Assembly (NCBI GenBank): GCA_031370785.1
Contig: JANMQY010000093.1
Location: forward strand, 1-22,880
Origin: Candidatus Eiseniibacteriota bacterium
GTDB lineage: Bacteria; Eisenbacteria; RBG-16-71-46
Reading direction: 5' to 3'
DNA: 22,880 bases
A model generated the notes under the pieces. The model searched no databases. It saw only the letters and a list, made by a program, of their open reading frames with translations, and was not told the origin of the DNA. Below are positions 16,351-22,880 of the stretch, one piece after another. The translations under genes and the position numbers were made by a program. Every line of letters begins with the position of its first letter. Positions within the stretch are counted from its first letter, which is position 1.

Positions 16351-18138
16351 ATGAAGCTCCCGCGCATAGTTGCCCTTGCACTGACCGTTCTCGTCGCTGC
16401 CTCGAACGCGCGCATCACAGTGGCTGCCGCGCCGCCGCCTGCGTCCCCGGCGATCTTCGATTACAGCACCGTGATCGACATCAACACGATTCGTATGGGG
16501 GTGACGAACTTCGGCTCGTTCGCCAGCGACTTCGCGACCGGGAGCTCGGGGCTCGAATTTCCGAAAGGCAGCGGCAAGACCGCGGTCTACAGCGCGGGGT
16601 TGTGGCTCGGAGCTCACGTCGGTGGCGGCACACGGGTCGCGATCGCCGAGTATTCGAGCGAGTTCCAGCCGGGCGCAATGCTTGGTGGCTTTCCCGGCGA
16701 TCCGAACCTGGCGGAATACAAAGTGTACGGTCTCTACCGCTTCTATCCGGACGATGTCTCCCGGGACGCGGCGCTCGCGGACTACACGTTCGGCGCGGTA
16801 CCTCATGGTGCCCCGCCCGTGCAGGTGCAGCCGGATGGCTCACTCGACATCCTCGGCGACGAGATGCTGTGGGCGGTCTACAACGATGCCAATGCTACAT
16901 CCCACAACAATCGGGCCGGTAGCACGCTTCCGCTCGGTGTCGAGGTTCAACAGACCACGTTCGCCTTCAATCGATCCGGCCCTCTCGGGAACACGGTCTT
17001 CGTTCGCTTCAAGATTCTGAATCGAGGCTCGAACTCTCTCGACGACATGTATGTCGGGCTGTGGAGTGATCCTGATGTCGGCGGCGCCAACGACGACCTC
17101 GCGGGCTGCGACACGACGCGCTCGCTCGGCTACGCGTACAACGCCACGAACAGCGATCTGGTCTATGGATCATCGCCGCCCGCGGTCGGCTATCTGCTGC
17201 TGCGGGGCCCGACCCCGGGCAGCGGCGTGCCGCTTGGCATGACCGCGTTCACGGACTACATCAATGGAACGGACCCCACGAACTTTTTCCAGGTCTACAA
17301 CCGGTTGCAGGGCCTGCACGCGGATGGCAGCGAGATCATCAACCCGACCACAGGTCTGCCCACGCATTACATGCATTCGGGCGACCCCGTCACAGGAACG
17401 GGCTGGCTCGATAACGCGGCCTCGGATCGCCGACTGCTGCTCGCCTCGGGTCCATTTCACATGGCGCCTGGCGATGGGCAGGTGATCGACGGCGCGATCG
17501 TCATTGGTCAGGGCAGCAGCCGACTCTCATCGGTGACGGCGATGCGCTTCAATGCCGACGTTGTGCGCGGCTTCTACGCAGACGACCCGACGCCCACCCT
17601 CGCATCACTCGTGGACGCGCACGCCGAGCCCGACCGCGTGACCCTCTCGTGGTATGGCGCCGACGTCGCGGGCCGCTTCGTGACCATCGAGCGCAGGACT
17701 GCGGAGATCGGTTGGAGCGCGGTCGACTCTCGATTTGCGGACGGTTCCGGATCGATCGCGTTCGAAGATCGCAACGTGATCGCGGGTGTGCGCTACGGTT
17801 ATCGAATCGCGGTGCGCACCGACGGTGCGGACCGCTACTCCGCCGAGACCTGGATCGAAGTGCCGGTGGAAGCGGGCCTCTCGCTTGCGGGATTCCGCCC
17901 GAATCCCGCCGCTGGCGAGGTGTTCGTCGAGTTCTCGCTCCCATCCAGCGGATCCGCGTCACTGCGAGTCTTCGACATCGCGGGTCGCGCAGTCGTCATG
18001 CGCGAAGTCGGTGAACTCGGCGCGGGCCGCCATCAGATCCGACTCGACGGCGGCACGGCGCTCAAGGCAGGCGCGTACGTGATGCAGATTTCGCAGGGCG
18101 GTCGAATGGTGACGCGCAGAGGCGTGATCGTTCGCTGA
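16351..18138 (+). CDS. Secreted protein of unknown function with C-terminal FlgD-Ig/T9SS-type sorting-like domain, 595 aa
   Basis: GGAGG SD and signal peptide. Motifs GLEFPKGSGK...AGLW.GA, LGDEMLW.VYND, GVEVQQT, YVGLWSDPDVG...DD and D.R..L.SGPF..APG. A PTPTLASLV linker precedes an FN3-like domain and RPNP...FSLP...L.VFDIAGR.V. Confidence 0.8.
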   Translation: MKLPRIVALALTVLVAASNARITVAAAPPPASPAIFDYSTVIDINTIRMGVTNFGSFASDFATGSSGLEFPKGSGKTAVYSAGLWLGAHVGGGTRVAIAEYSSEFQPGAMLGGFPGDPNLAEYKVYGLYRFYPDDVSRDAALADYTFGAVPHGAPPVQVQPDGSLDILGDEMLWAVYNDANATSHNNRAGSTLPLGVEVQQTTFAFNRSGPLGNTVFVRFKILNRGSNSLDDMYVGLWSDPDVGGANDDLAGCDTTRSLGYAYNATNSDLVYGSSPPAVGYLLLRGPTPGSGVPLGMTAFTDYINGTDPTNFFQVYNRLQGLHADGSEIINPTTGLPTHYMHSGDPVTGTGWLDNAASDRRLLLASGPFHMAPGDGQVIDGAIVIGQGSSRLSSVTAMRFNADVVRGFYADDPTPTLASLVDAHAEPDRVTLSWYGADVAGRFVTIERRTAEIGWSAVDSRFADGSGSIAFEDRNVIAGVRYGYRIAVRTDGADRYSAETWIEVPVEAGLSLAGFRPNPAAGEVFVEFSLPSSGSASLRVFDIAGRAVVMREVGELGAGRHQIRLDGGTALKAGAYVMQISQGGRMVTRRGVIVR

Positions 18139-18148
18139 GCGGACCATC

Positions 18149-18196
18149 GACGGCGACGTCCGCATGGAATTTCCGGGAGTCGCCGTCTTGCGTTTT
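18149..18196 (+). terminator. Terminator-like hairpin after the secreted-protein gene
   Basis: GACGGCGAC/GTCGCCGTC 9-bp stem (18149-18157/18179-18187), followed by TTGCGTTTT; the loop is large. Confidence 0.5.
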
Positions 18197-18216
18197 GCGC
18201 AGAGCGCCCCTAGACT
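18188..18216 (+). promoter_or_regulatory. Putative sigma70 promoter of ferredoxin (TTGCGT-N17-TAGACT)
   Basis: Hexamers at 18188-18193 and 18211-18216, 17 nt apart. Confidence 0.5.
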
Positions 18217-18292
18217 TTGCCCTCGCTTTGAAATGCCGCTCACGCGCCTGGGCCCATCGCCCGCGCGTGGCAGAATCAGTCGGGAGGGTTGC

Positions 18293-18532
18293 ATGCCGTT
18301 CGTCATTGCCGAGCCGTGCATCGGGGTGAAGGACAAGTCGTGCGTCGAGGTGTGCCCGGTGAACTGCATCTACGAGGGCGAGGATCAGTACTACATCCAT
18401 CCCGACGAGTGCATCGACTGCCAGGCCTGCGAAGCCGCGTGTCCGGTACAGGCGATCTTCCCGGACAACGGCGTGCCCGAAAAGTGGAAGCCGTTCATCG
18501 ACAAGAACCGGACGCACTTCGAGAACACCTGA
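18293..18532 (+). CDS. fdxA: 7Fe ([3Fe-4S]+[4Fe-4S]) dicluster ferredoxin, FdxA type, 79 aa
   Basis: C-x7-C-x3-CP (CIGVKDKSCVEVCP) plus CIDCQACEAACP; ATG follows GGGAGG. Confidence 0.88.
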   Translation: MPFVIAEPCIGVKDKSCVEVCPVNCIYEGEDQYYIHPDECIDCQACEAACPVQAIFPDNGVPEKWKPFIDKNRTHFENT

Positions 18533-18558
18533 TCTCCGTGCATGCCCGAACGCACCTG

Positions 18559-18591
18559 GAGGCGGCGCGCCACGCGCTGCCTCTTTCGTTT
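18559..18591 (+). terminator. Intrinsic terminator between the ferredoxin and HD genes
   Basis: 11-bp stem GAGGCGGCGCG/CGCGCUGCCUC with one G-U pair, a 3-nt loop, then UUUCGUUU. Confidence 0.7.
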
Positions 18592-18600
18592 GAGGACGCC

Positions 18601-19170
18601 ATGACCGAAGCCACGCTTCCGAGCCGCGAGCAGGCGCTGGCCCTGGTGCACGAGTGGATCCAGAACCCGGGCCTTCGCAAGCATTGCTACGCGGTCGAGG
18701 CCGCGATGCGCGCCTATGCGAGAAAACTCGGGGGTGACGAAGAGCGCTGGGGCCTGACCGGGCTGATCCACGACTTCGACTGGGAGCGTCATCCCGACGC
18801 GGCGCGCCACCCGATGCAGGGAGTCGAGGTGCTGCGCTCGCTCGGCTGGCCCGAAGACGTGTGCCGCGCGGTGCTGGGGCACGCGACCTACAGCGGCGTG
18901 CCGCGCGACACGCCGATGGCGAAGGCGCTGTTCGCGTGCGACGAGCTGTGCGGGTTCCTGGTCGCGTGCGCGTTGATCATGCCCGACCGATCGCTCGAGA
19001 AGGTCGAAGTCGCCTCGGTGCTCAAGAAGATGAAGCGCGCCGACTTCGCGCGGAACGTCAACCGCGACGACATCACCACGGGTGCGGCGGAGCTCGGCGT
19101 CGAGCTGAGCGAGCACATCGCGTTCACGCTCGAAGCGCTGCGCGGCGCGCGCGCGGATCTGGGGCTGTGA
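18601..19170 (+). CDS. HD-superfamily metal-dependent phosphohydrolase (COG2316-like), 189 aa
   Basis: LRKHC.AVEA.MR, GLIHDFD, HP..G..VL, GH, ACDEL.G, V.KK.K...FA..VNR motifs; GAGGA SD. Confidence 0.85.
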   Translation: MTEATLPSREQALALVHEWIQNPGLRKHCYAVEAAMRAYARKLGGDEERWGLTGLIHDFDWERHPDAARHPMQGVEVLRSLGWPEDVCRAVLGHATYSGVPRDTPMAKALFACDELCGFLVACALIMPDRSLEKVEVASVLKKMKRADFARNVNRDDITTGAAELGVELSEHIAFTLEALRGARADLGL

Positions 19171-19790
19171 GCGTGATGCTCATCGCAGCGATCGCAGACA
19201 GCGCACGGCACGTCGGCGAACTCGCCAGGCAGGCTCACGTACTGGGGGCGAGCGAGGATCTCGAATCATGGCACGAGTTCTACCTCATGGTAGGAACGGC
19301 CGCTGTCACGCTCGTTGGTCTGCTGTTCGTCTCGCTCTCGTTCCATCTCGACGTTCTGCTTCACGAGCACCACGCACATCTGCTGGCGGTGGCGCGGCAG
19401 GCGATGCTGAACTTCGTTGGAGTGCTGATCATCTCGCTCAGTTTTCTGGCACCCGGGATGACGGCGCGGCCGCTGGGCATGAACCTGTTCATGATCTCAG
19501 CAATCTTCCTGGTGTTCGGGGTTAGTGCCCTGTCACGCGCGTTGCGCCAGCGCGACTCGAGCCCGCACTCCGCCTTCGTCCTCCGCCGCTCGCTGATCAG
19601 CATCATCGGCTTCGCGGCTACCGCGTGGGTGGGCTTCCGGATGTTTTCGCATCGCGACCCGACCGAGGCCTACTGGCTGATCGGACCCATGTGCATGATT
19701 CTGGGCAACGCGGTCGGCACCGCGTGGGATCTGCTGGTGAGGGTCGGGCGGCTCAAGCAGGAAATCGCGGCGAACGACTCGAAGTCGTGA
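19167..19790 (+). CDS. Hypothetical integral membrane protein (~5 TM), ~207 aa
   Basis: GTGA overlap with the HD stop (alternative start ATG 19176). W..F....G.AA.TL.GLLFV.LS N-terminal helix and C-terminal NAV..AW.LL; codon usage looks coding. Confidence 0.7.
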   Translation: MSVMLIAAIADSARHVGELARQAHVLGASEDLESWHEFYLMVGTAAVTLVGLLFVSLSFHLDVLLHEHHAHLLAVARQAMLNFVGVLIISLSFLAPGMTARPLGMNLFMISAIFLVFGVSALSRALRQRDSSPHSAFVLRRSLISIIGFAATAWVGFRMFSHRDPTEAYWLIGPMCMILGNAVGTAWDLLVRVGRLKQEIAANDSKS

Positions 19791-19809
19791 GCCCACGCAG
19801 CACCGTGCG

Positions 19810-20016
19810 GTGCCCGCTCTCGCGACGCATCTCGGCACCCCAAAGCCTGACGCCGACCGAGGTGCATTCCCGAAATCCGGGAGGTCGTCCCCAATCGGCG
19901 TCGGCGTACCGCTGCTTCTTCTGGCCGGCGGTCCCCCTTAGAGGTTCCGCACTCGGCCGCGCCCATGGAATCCATGGGCTCTGGTCGACGCCGCAGCGAA
20001 ACTGCCCGCGACGTCT
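19810..20016 (-). ncRNA. Candidate structured non-coding RNA (element A), family unassigned
   Basis: Lies in the 312-bp gap between convergent genes, with TTGACC-N17-TCCAAT upstream. Stems containing G-U pairs on the minus strand: GACGUCGCGG/CUGCGGCGUC, GGCCG-GCGG-CCUC/GGGG-CCGC-CGGCC and GACGCCGAUUGGGG/CCUCGGUCGGCGUC. Confidence 0.45.
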
Positions 20017-20022
20017 GTGCGA

Positions 20023-20051
20023 ATTGGACGCCCGCACTGCGTTCCGGTCAA
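20023..20051 (-). promoter_or_regulatory. Putative promoter with no downstream CDS (TTGACC-N17-TCCAAT)
   Basis: TTGACC at 20051-20046, preceded by an A-tract; TCCAAT at 20028-20023 is a weak -10. Predicted start ~20016. Confidence 0.35.
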
Positions 20052-20102
20052 CGAGATTTTTCTGGCGGTGCAGTCGCAAGCTCCGTGCCCGCGCCACCCC
20101 CG

Positions 20103-22880
20103 CTACACGTTCAGCGGGCGCAAATTCTCGACGGTGAGCGTCACTGAGTCGAGCGTGTCGTCCACGGAGCCTTCGACGCGCACTGCGCTGCTTCGGGCGG
20201 CGGCGGCGAAGGCGCGGTGGGCGTCGGGGAACAGGACGCACTCGACGAGTCCGCTGCGGTCGGCGACGGTGAGGAACAGCATCACCCCGCCGCCCCGGGT
20301 CTCGATCCGGCGCATCGCACAGGGCAGGCCCGCGATCGCGACGCGCTTTCCCGCGTAGGAGGGGAGCGCCGCGGCGCGCACCGTCCCGGCGCGGCCTTCG
20401 GGGTCCACCAGGGCGTCGAGCGGATGCGCGGCGAACCACAGCCCGGTCGCACGCATCTCGCCGCGGACGCGCTCGGCAAGGTCGAACTCGGGCAGCTCGG
20501 GCGTGGTGAGCGGCGCGGCCGCATCCGGCATCACCGCCGTTCCGTCGGGGGCGACCAGCGCCGCGGCACGCGATGCGCCAGTCCGCCGGCGCGGCGCGGC
20601 TCCGAGCGCCGCGGTCACCCGCGCTTCGAGCAGCAGCGAGGGCCGTGTGCGCCCGGTGAAGTCGAGCGCGCCGGAGAGGATCAGCGCCTCGACCTCATCG
20701 CTCCCCGGCCGCGCGCGATCGAGCAAGTCGGCGAGGCTCGCGAACATTCGGCGAGCGCGCTCCTGGGCGATGCGCTCGCCGGTCGAAGTGCTGAGCCCGG
20801 CGACGCGCGAAAGGCCGATGCGCACCGCGCCCGTCATGGCGCCCGCCGGTGCGCCCGCGATGGCGCCTGCCGGTGTCCCCGTGCGAAGCGTGAGTGACGG
20901 TGCCCGCGCCGCGGTCTCGAGCGTGGTTTCCCAGCTCGAGCGCATCGCGCACGGCGCGAGGAAGCGCACGCGCTGACGCCGCAGGTCCTCGACGTGCACC
21001 CAGGTCGGGTACATGCCCGCGTGGTGGTTGAGCACGCCCACCGCGTACTCCGCCGGAAAGCGCGTCTTGAGCGCCGCGCACTGCCAGCCGAGCGTGCCGT
21101 AGCCCGCCGCGTGCGCCTTGCAGAACGCGTAGGCGGCGAAGCGAGCCAGGTCGCGCCACGCCTCGCGCGCCTGGCCGGGCTCGACCCCGTGCGTGGCCGC
21201 GAGCTGGACGAACCCGTGCTCGAGGGAGCGGAACTCCTCGTCGCCGCGCGCGGCCGAGATCGCCCGCCTCAGCTCGTCGCCCTGGGCGAGCGAGAGGCCG
21301 GTGAGCGCGGCGGCGACGCACATCACGTCCTCCTCGTAGAGCATGACGCCGTGCGTGGCGCCGAGCACCGCCTCGAGCCGCGGGTGCGCGAACGACGCCG
21401 GCTCGAGCCCGCGGTGTCGGCGGCAGAACACCTCCTTCATGCCGGACTCGGCGGCGCCGGGGCGGATCAGCGCCACCGCGGCGATGGTTTCGGCGAGCGT
21501 GCCGCAGCGCAGCATGCGCAACAGATGGCGCATGGCGGGGGACTCGAGCTGGAAGCAGTTGAGCGTGTCGCCGGCCGCGATGCGCGCGCCGGTCGCGGCG
21601 TCCTCGCCCGGGATGTGGTCGAGCTCGATCGCCGCGCCACCGCGGCGCCGTGCCAGCTCGATGCAGTCGCCCATGGTCGTGAGGGCGCGGTTGCCGAGCA
21701 GGTCCATCTTGACGAGCCCGATGGCCTCGATGGCGCGCATCTCGAACTGGGTGACCACGACGTCCTTGGCGGCGCGCTCGAGCGGCAGGTACCAGGTGAG
21801 CGGCCGGTCGGCGATGACGATGCCGCCGCAATGGACCGAGAGATGCCGGGGCGCCCCGTCGAGACGCTCGGCAAGGCGCAGTGATTCGGCCAGCACCGGC
21901 TCGCGCCACGACCCGCCATCGATTCCATGGGCGGGTGCCCCGGCCCGCGCGTCGGCGACCGCGCCCAGGCGCTCGAGGTACGGCGGCTCGAGCGCGCGCG
22001 GGATGCGGCGCGCGAGCGCGTTGACGCGCGCGTTCGACACCCCGAGCGCCTTCGCGGTCTCGCGAAACGCCGAGCGCGCGCCGAGCGTGGCGTGGGTCGA
22101 GATCATCGCCACGCGGTCGGCGCCGTAGGTCTCGTAGACGTGCGCGATGACCTCGTCGCGGCGCTTCCAGCACAGGTCGATGTCGAGGTCCGGGCAGTCG
22201 CGGCGCGTGGGATGGAGGAAGCGCTCGAAGTAGAGCCCGTAGCGCAGCGGGTCCACGTTGGTGATGCCGAGCACGTAGGCCACGATCGAGCCCGCCCCCG
22301 AGCCGCGCCCCACGGTCGGAATGCCGCGCGCGCGCGCGAAGCCGACAATCTCGGCGACCAGCAGGAAGTAGTCGGTGAAGCCCAGCCGGTCGATGATGCC
22401 CAGCTCGTGGCGCAGCCGCGCCAGCGCGCTCCGATCGTCGCGGCCGTAGCGGCGCCGCAGCCCCTCGCGGGTGAGACGCGAGAGCCGGCCCGGGCCGCTC
22501 TCGCCGTCGGGCAATGGCGCGCGCGGGAAGATGGGCGTGCCGAGCTCGAGCTCGAGCCGGCAGCGCGCAGCGAGCGCCGCGTTGTTCGCGAGCGCCTCCG
22601 CGCCCGCCTCGGGCGTGCCGGCCGCAGCACAGGTCGCGCGCACGCGCCGCTCCCACTCCGCGGGGCCCGCCAGCCACGCCTCGCGCGCGCAGAAGGCCTC
22701 GGCGGGCATGCGCTCGAGCAGCTCGCCGGCCGCGGCGGTCACGGCGATGCGGTGGGTGTCGAAGTCGCGCGCGTGGAGCAGCGCGCCGTCGCCGGTGGCG
22801 ACCAGCGGCACGCCCAGCCGGCGCGCGAGCGTGACGCGCCCGGGTAGCCCCGCGCGCTCGGCGGCGAGCCCGCGCACGCC
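20103..22880 (-). CDS. dnaE2: DNA polymerase III alpha subunit, DnaE2-like (5' end outside window), >=924 aa
   Basis: GRGSGAGS, PDLDIDL and KMDLLG catalytic aspartates, HCGG, FQLESP.MR, YAFCKAHA, HhH and OB fold. It ends right after the OB fold with no tau-binding tail. The DnaE family call is firm; the dnaE2 subtype is an inference. Confidence 0.85.
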   Translation of the reverse strand, partial: GVRGLAAERAGLPGRVTLARRLGVPLVATGDGALLHARDFDTHRIAVTAAAGELLERMPAEAFCAREAWLAGPAEWERRVRATCAAAGTPEAGAEALANNAALAARCRLELELGTPIFPRAPLPDGESGPGRLSRLTREGLRRRYGRDDRSALARLRHELGIIDRLGFTDYFLLVAEIVGFARARGIPTVGRGSGAGSIVAYVLGITNVDPLRYGLYFERFLHPTRRDCPDLDIDLCWKRRDEVIAHVYETYGADRVAMISTHATLGARSAFRETAKALGVSNARVNALARRIPRALEPPYLERLGAVADARAGAPAHGIDGGSWREPVLAESLRLAERLDGAPRHLSVHCGGIVIADRPLTWYLPLERAAKDVVVTQFEMRAIEAIGLVKMDLLGNRALTTMGDCIELARRRGGAAIELDHIPGEDAATGARIAAGDTLNCFQLESPAMRHLLRMLRCGTLAETIAAVALIRPGAAESGMKEVFCRRHRGLEPASFAHPRLEAVLGATHGVMLYEEDVMCVAAALTGLSLAQGDELRRAISAARGDEEFRSLEHGFVQLAATHGVEPGQAREAWRDLARFAAYAFCKAHAAGYGTLGWQCAALKTRFPAEYAVGVLNHHAGMYPTWVHVEDLRRQRVRFLAPCAMRSSWETTLETAARAPSLTLRTGTPAGAIAGAPAGAMTGAVRIGLSRVAGLSTSTGERIAQERARRMFASLADLLDRARPGSDEVEALILSGALDFTGRTRPSLLLEARVTAALGAAPRRRTGASRAAALVAPDGTAVMPDAAAPLTTPELPEFDLAERVRGEMRATGLWFAAHPLDALVDPEGRAGTVRAAALPSYAGKRVAIAGLPCAMRRIETRGGGVMLFLTVADRSGLVECVLFPDAHRAFAAAARSSAVRVEGSVDDTLDSVTLTVENLRPLNV
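20827..20874. repeat. In-frame 24-bp tandem duplication inside dnaE
   Basis: GCGCCCGTCATGGCGCCCGCCGGT / GCGCCCGCGATGGCGCCTGCCGGT, 21 of 24 identical. Confidence 0.8.

Noticed and set aside
18149..18187. Integron attC or REP interpretation of intergenic hairpins (similar outer stem to 19849-19902)
   Set aside because: No RYYYAAC/GTTRRRY cores, no integrase or RAYT transposase, and too little sequence identity.
19849..19960. c-di-AMP (ydaO) riboswitch or SRP RNA identity for elements A/B
   Set aside because: The GGGGGAC...UGGGG...CACCUCG order and GAAGCAGC are reminiscent. However, the ydaO GAAYCCGWCAGCU block and the SRP CAGG-stem-GNRA helix 8 are missing, and element A has no downstream gene. 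An Rfam scan is still warranted.
229..22847. Many long antisense or alternate-frame ORFs (e.g. 229-1860 -, 12953-14587 +, 14949-16112 +, 20695-22677 -)
   Set aside because: Shadow ORFs typical of high-GC DNA. They overlap well-supported genes, are Arg/Ala/Pro-rich and show no family motifs.

Overview
High-GC bacterial chromosomal window, densely coding, with no transposase, integrase, CRISPR array or complete rRNA/tRNA gene visible. Two secreted proteins with C-terminal FlgD-Ig/T9SS-type sorting-like domains hint at an FCB-adjacent lineage such as Ca. Eisenbacteria (inference). Gene order: tryptophanase tnaA + MBL-fold hydrolase (+); CPBP intramembrane protease (-); moaD-GNAT-moaE (+); trxB, ETF-QO, DUF6600-like protein, queG (-); GSDH-family beta-propeller protein (+); MacAB-like ABC exporter with adaptor, ATPase and two permeases (-); secreted protein of unknown function, 7Fe ferredoxin, HD protein and membrane protein (+); and a 5'-truncated DnaE2-like polymerase alpha (-). 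The most unusual signal is non-coding. Two intergenic regions about 20 kb apart (~9-230 and ~19810-20016) are both highly structured, both mostly favour the minus strand by G-U pairing, and share a collinear series of sequence blocks around the same core helix. They are candidate paralogous ~200-nt structured RNAs that I cannot assign to a known family by eye. All family assignments come from recognised motifs, not database searches.
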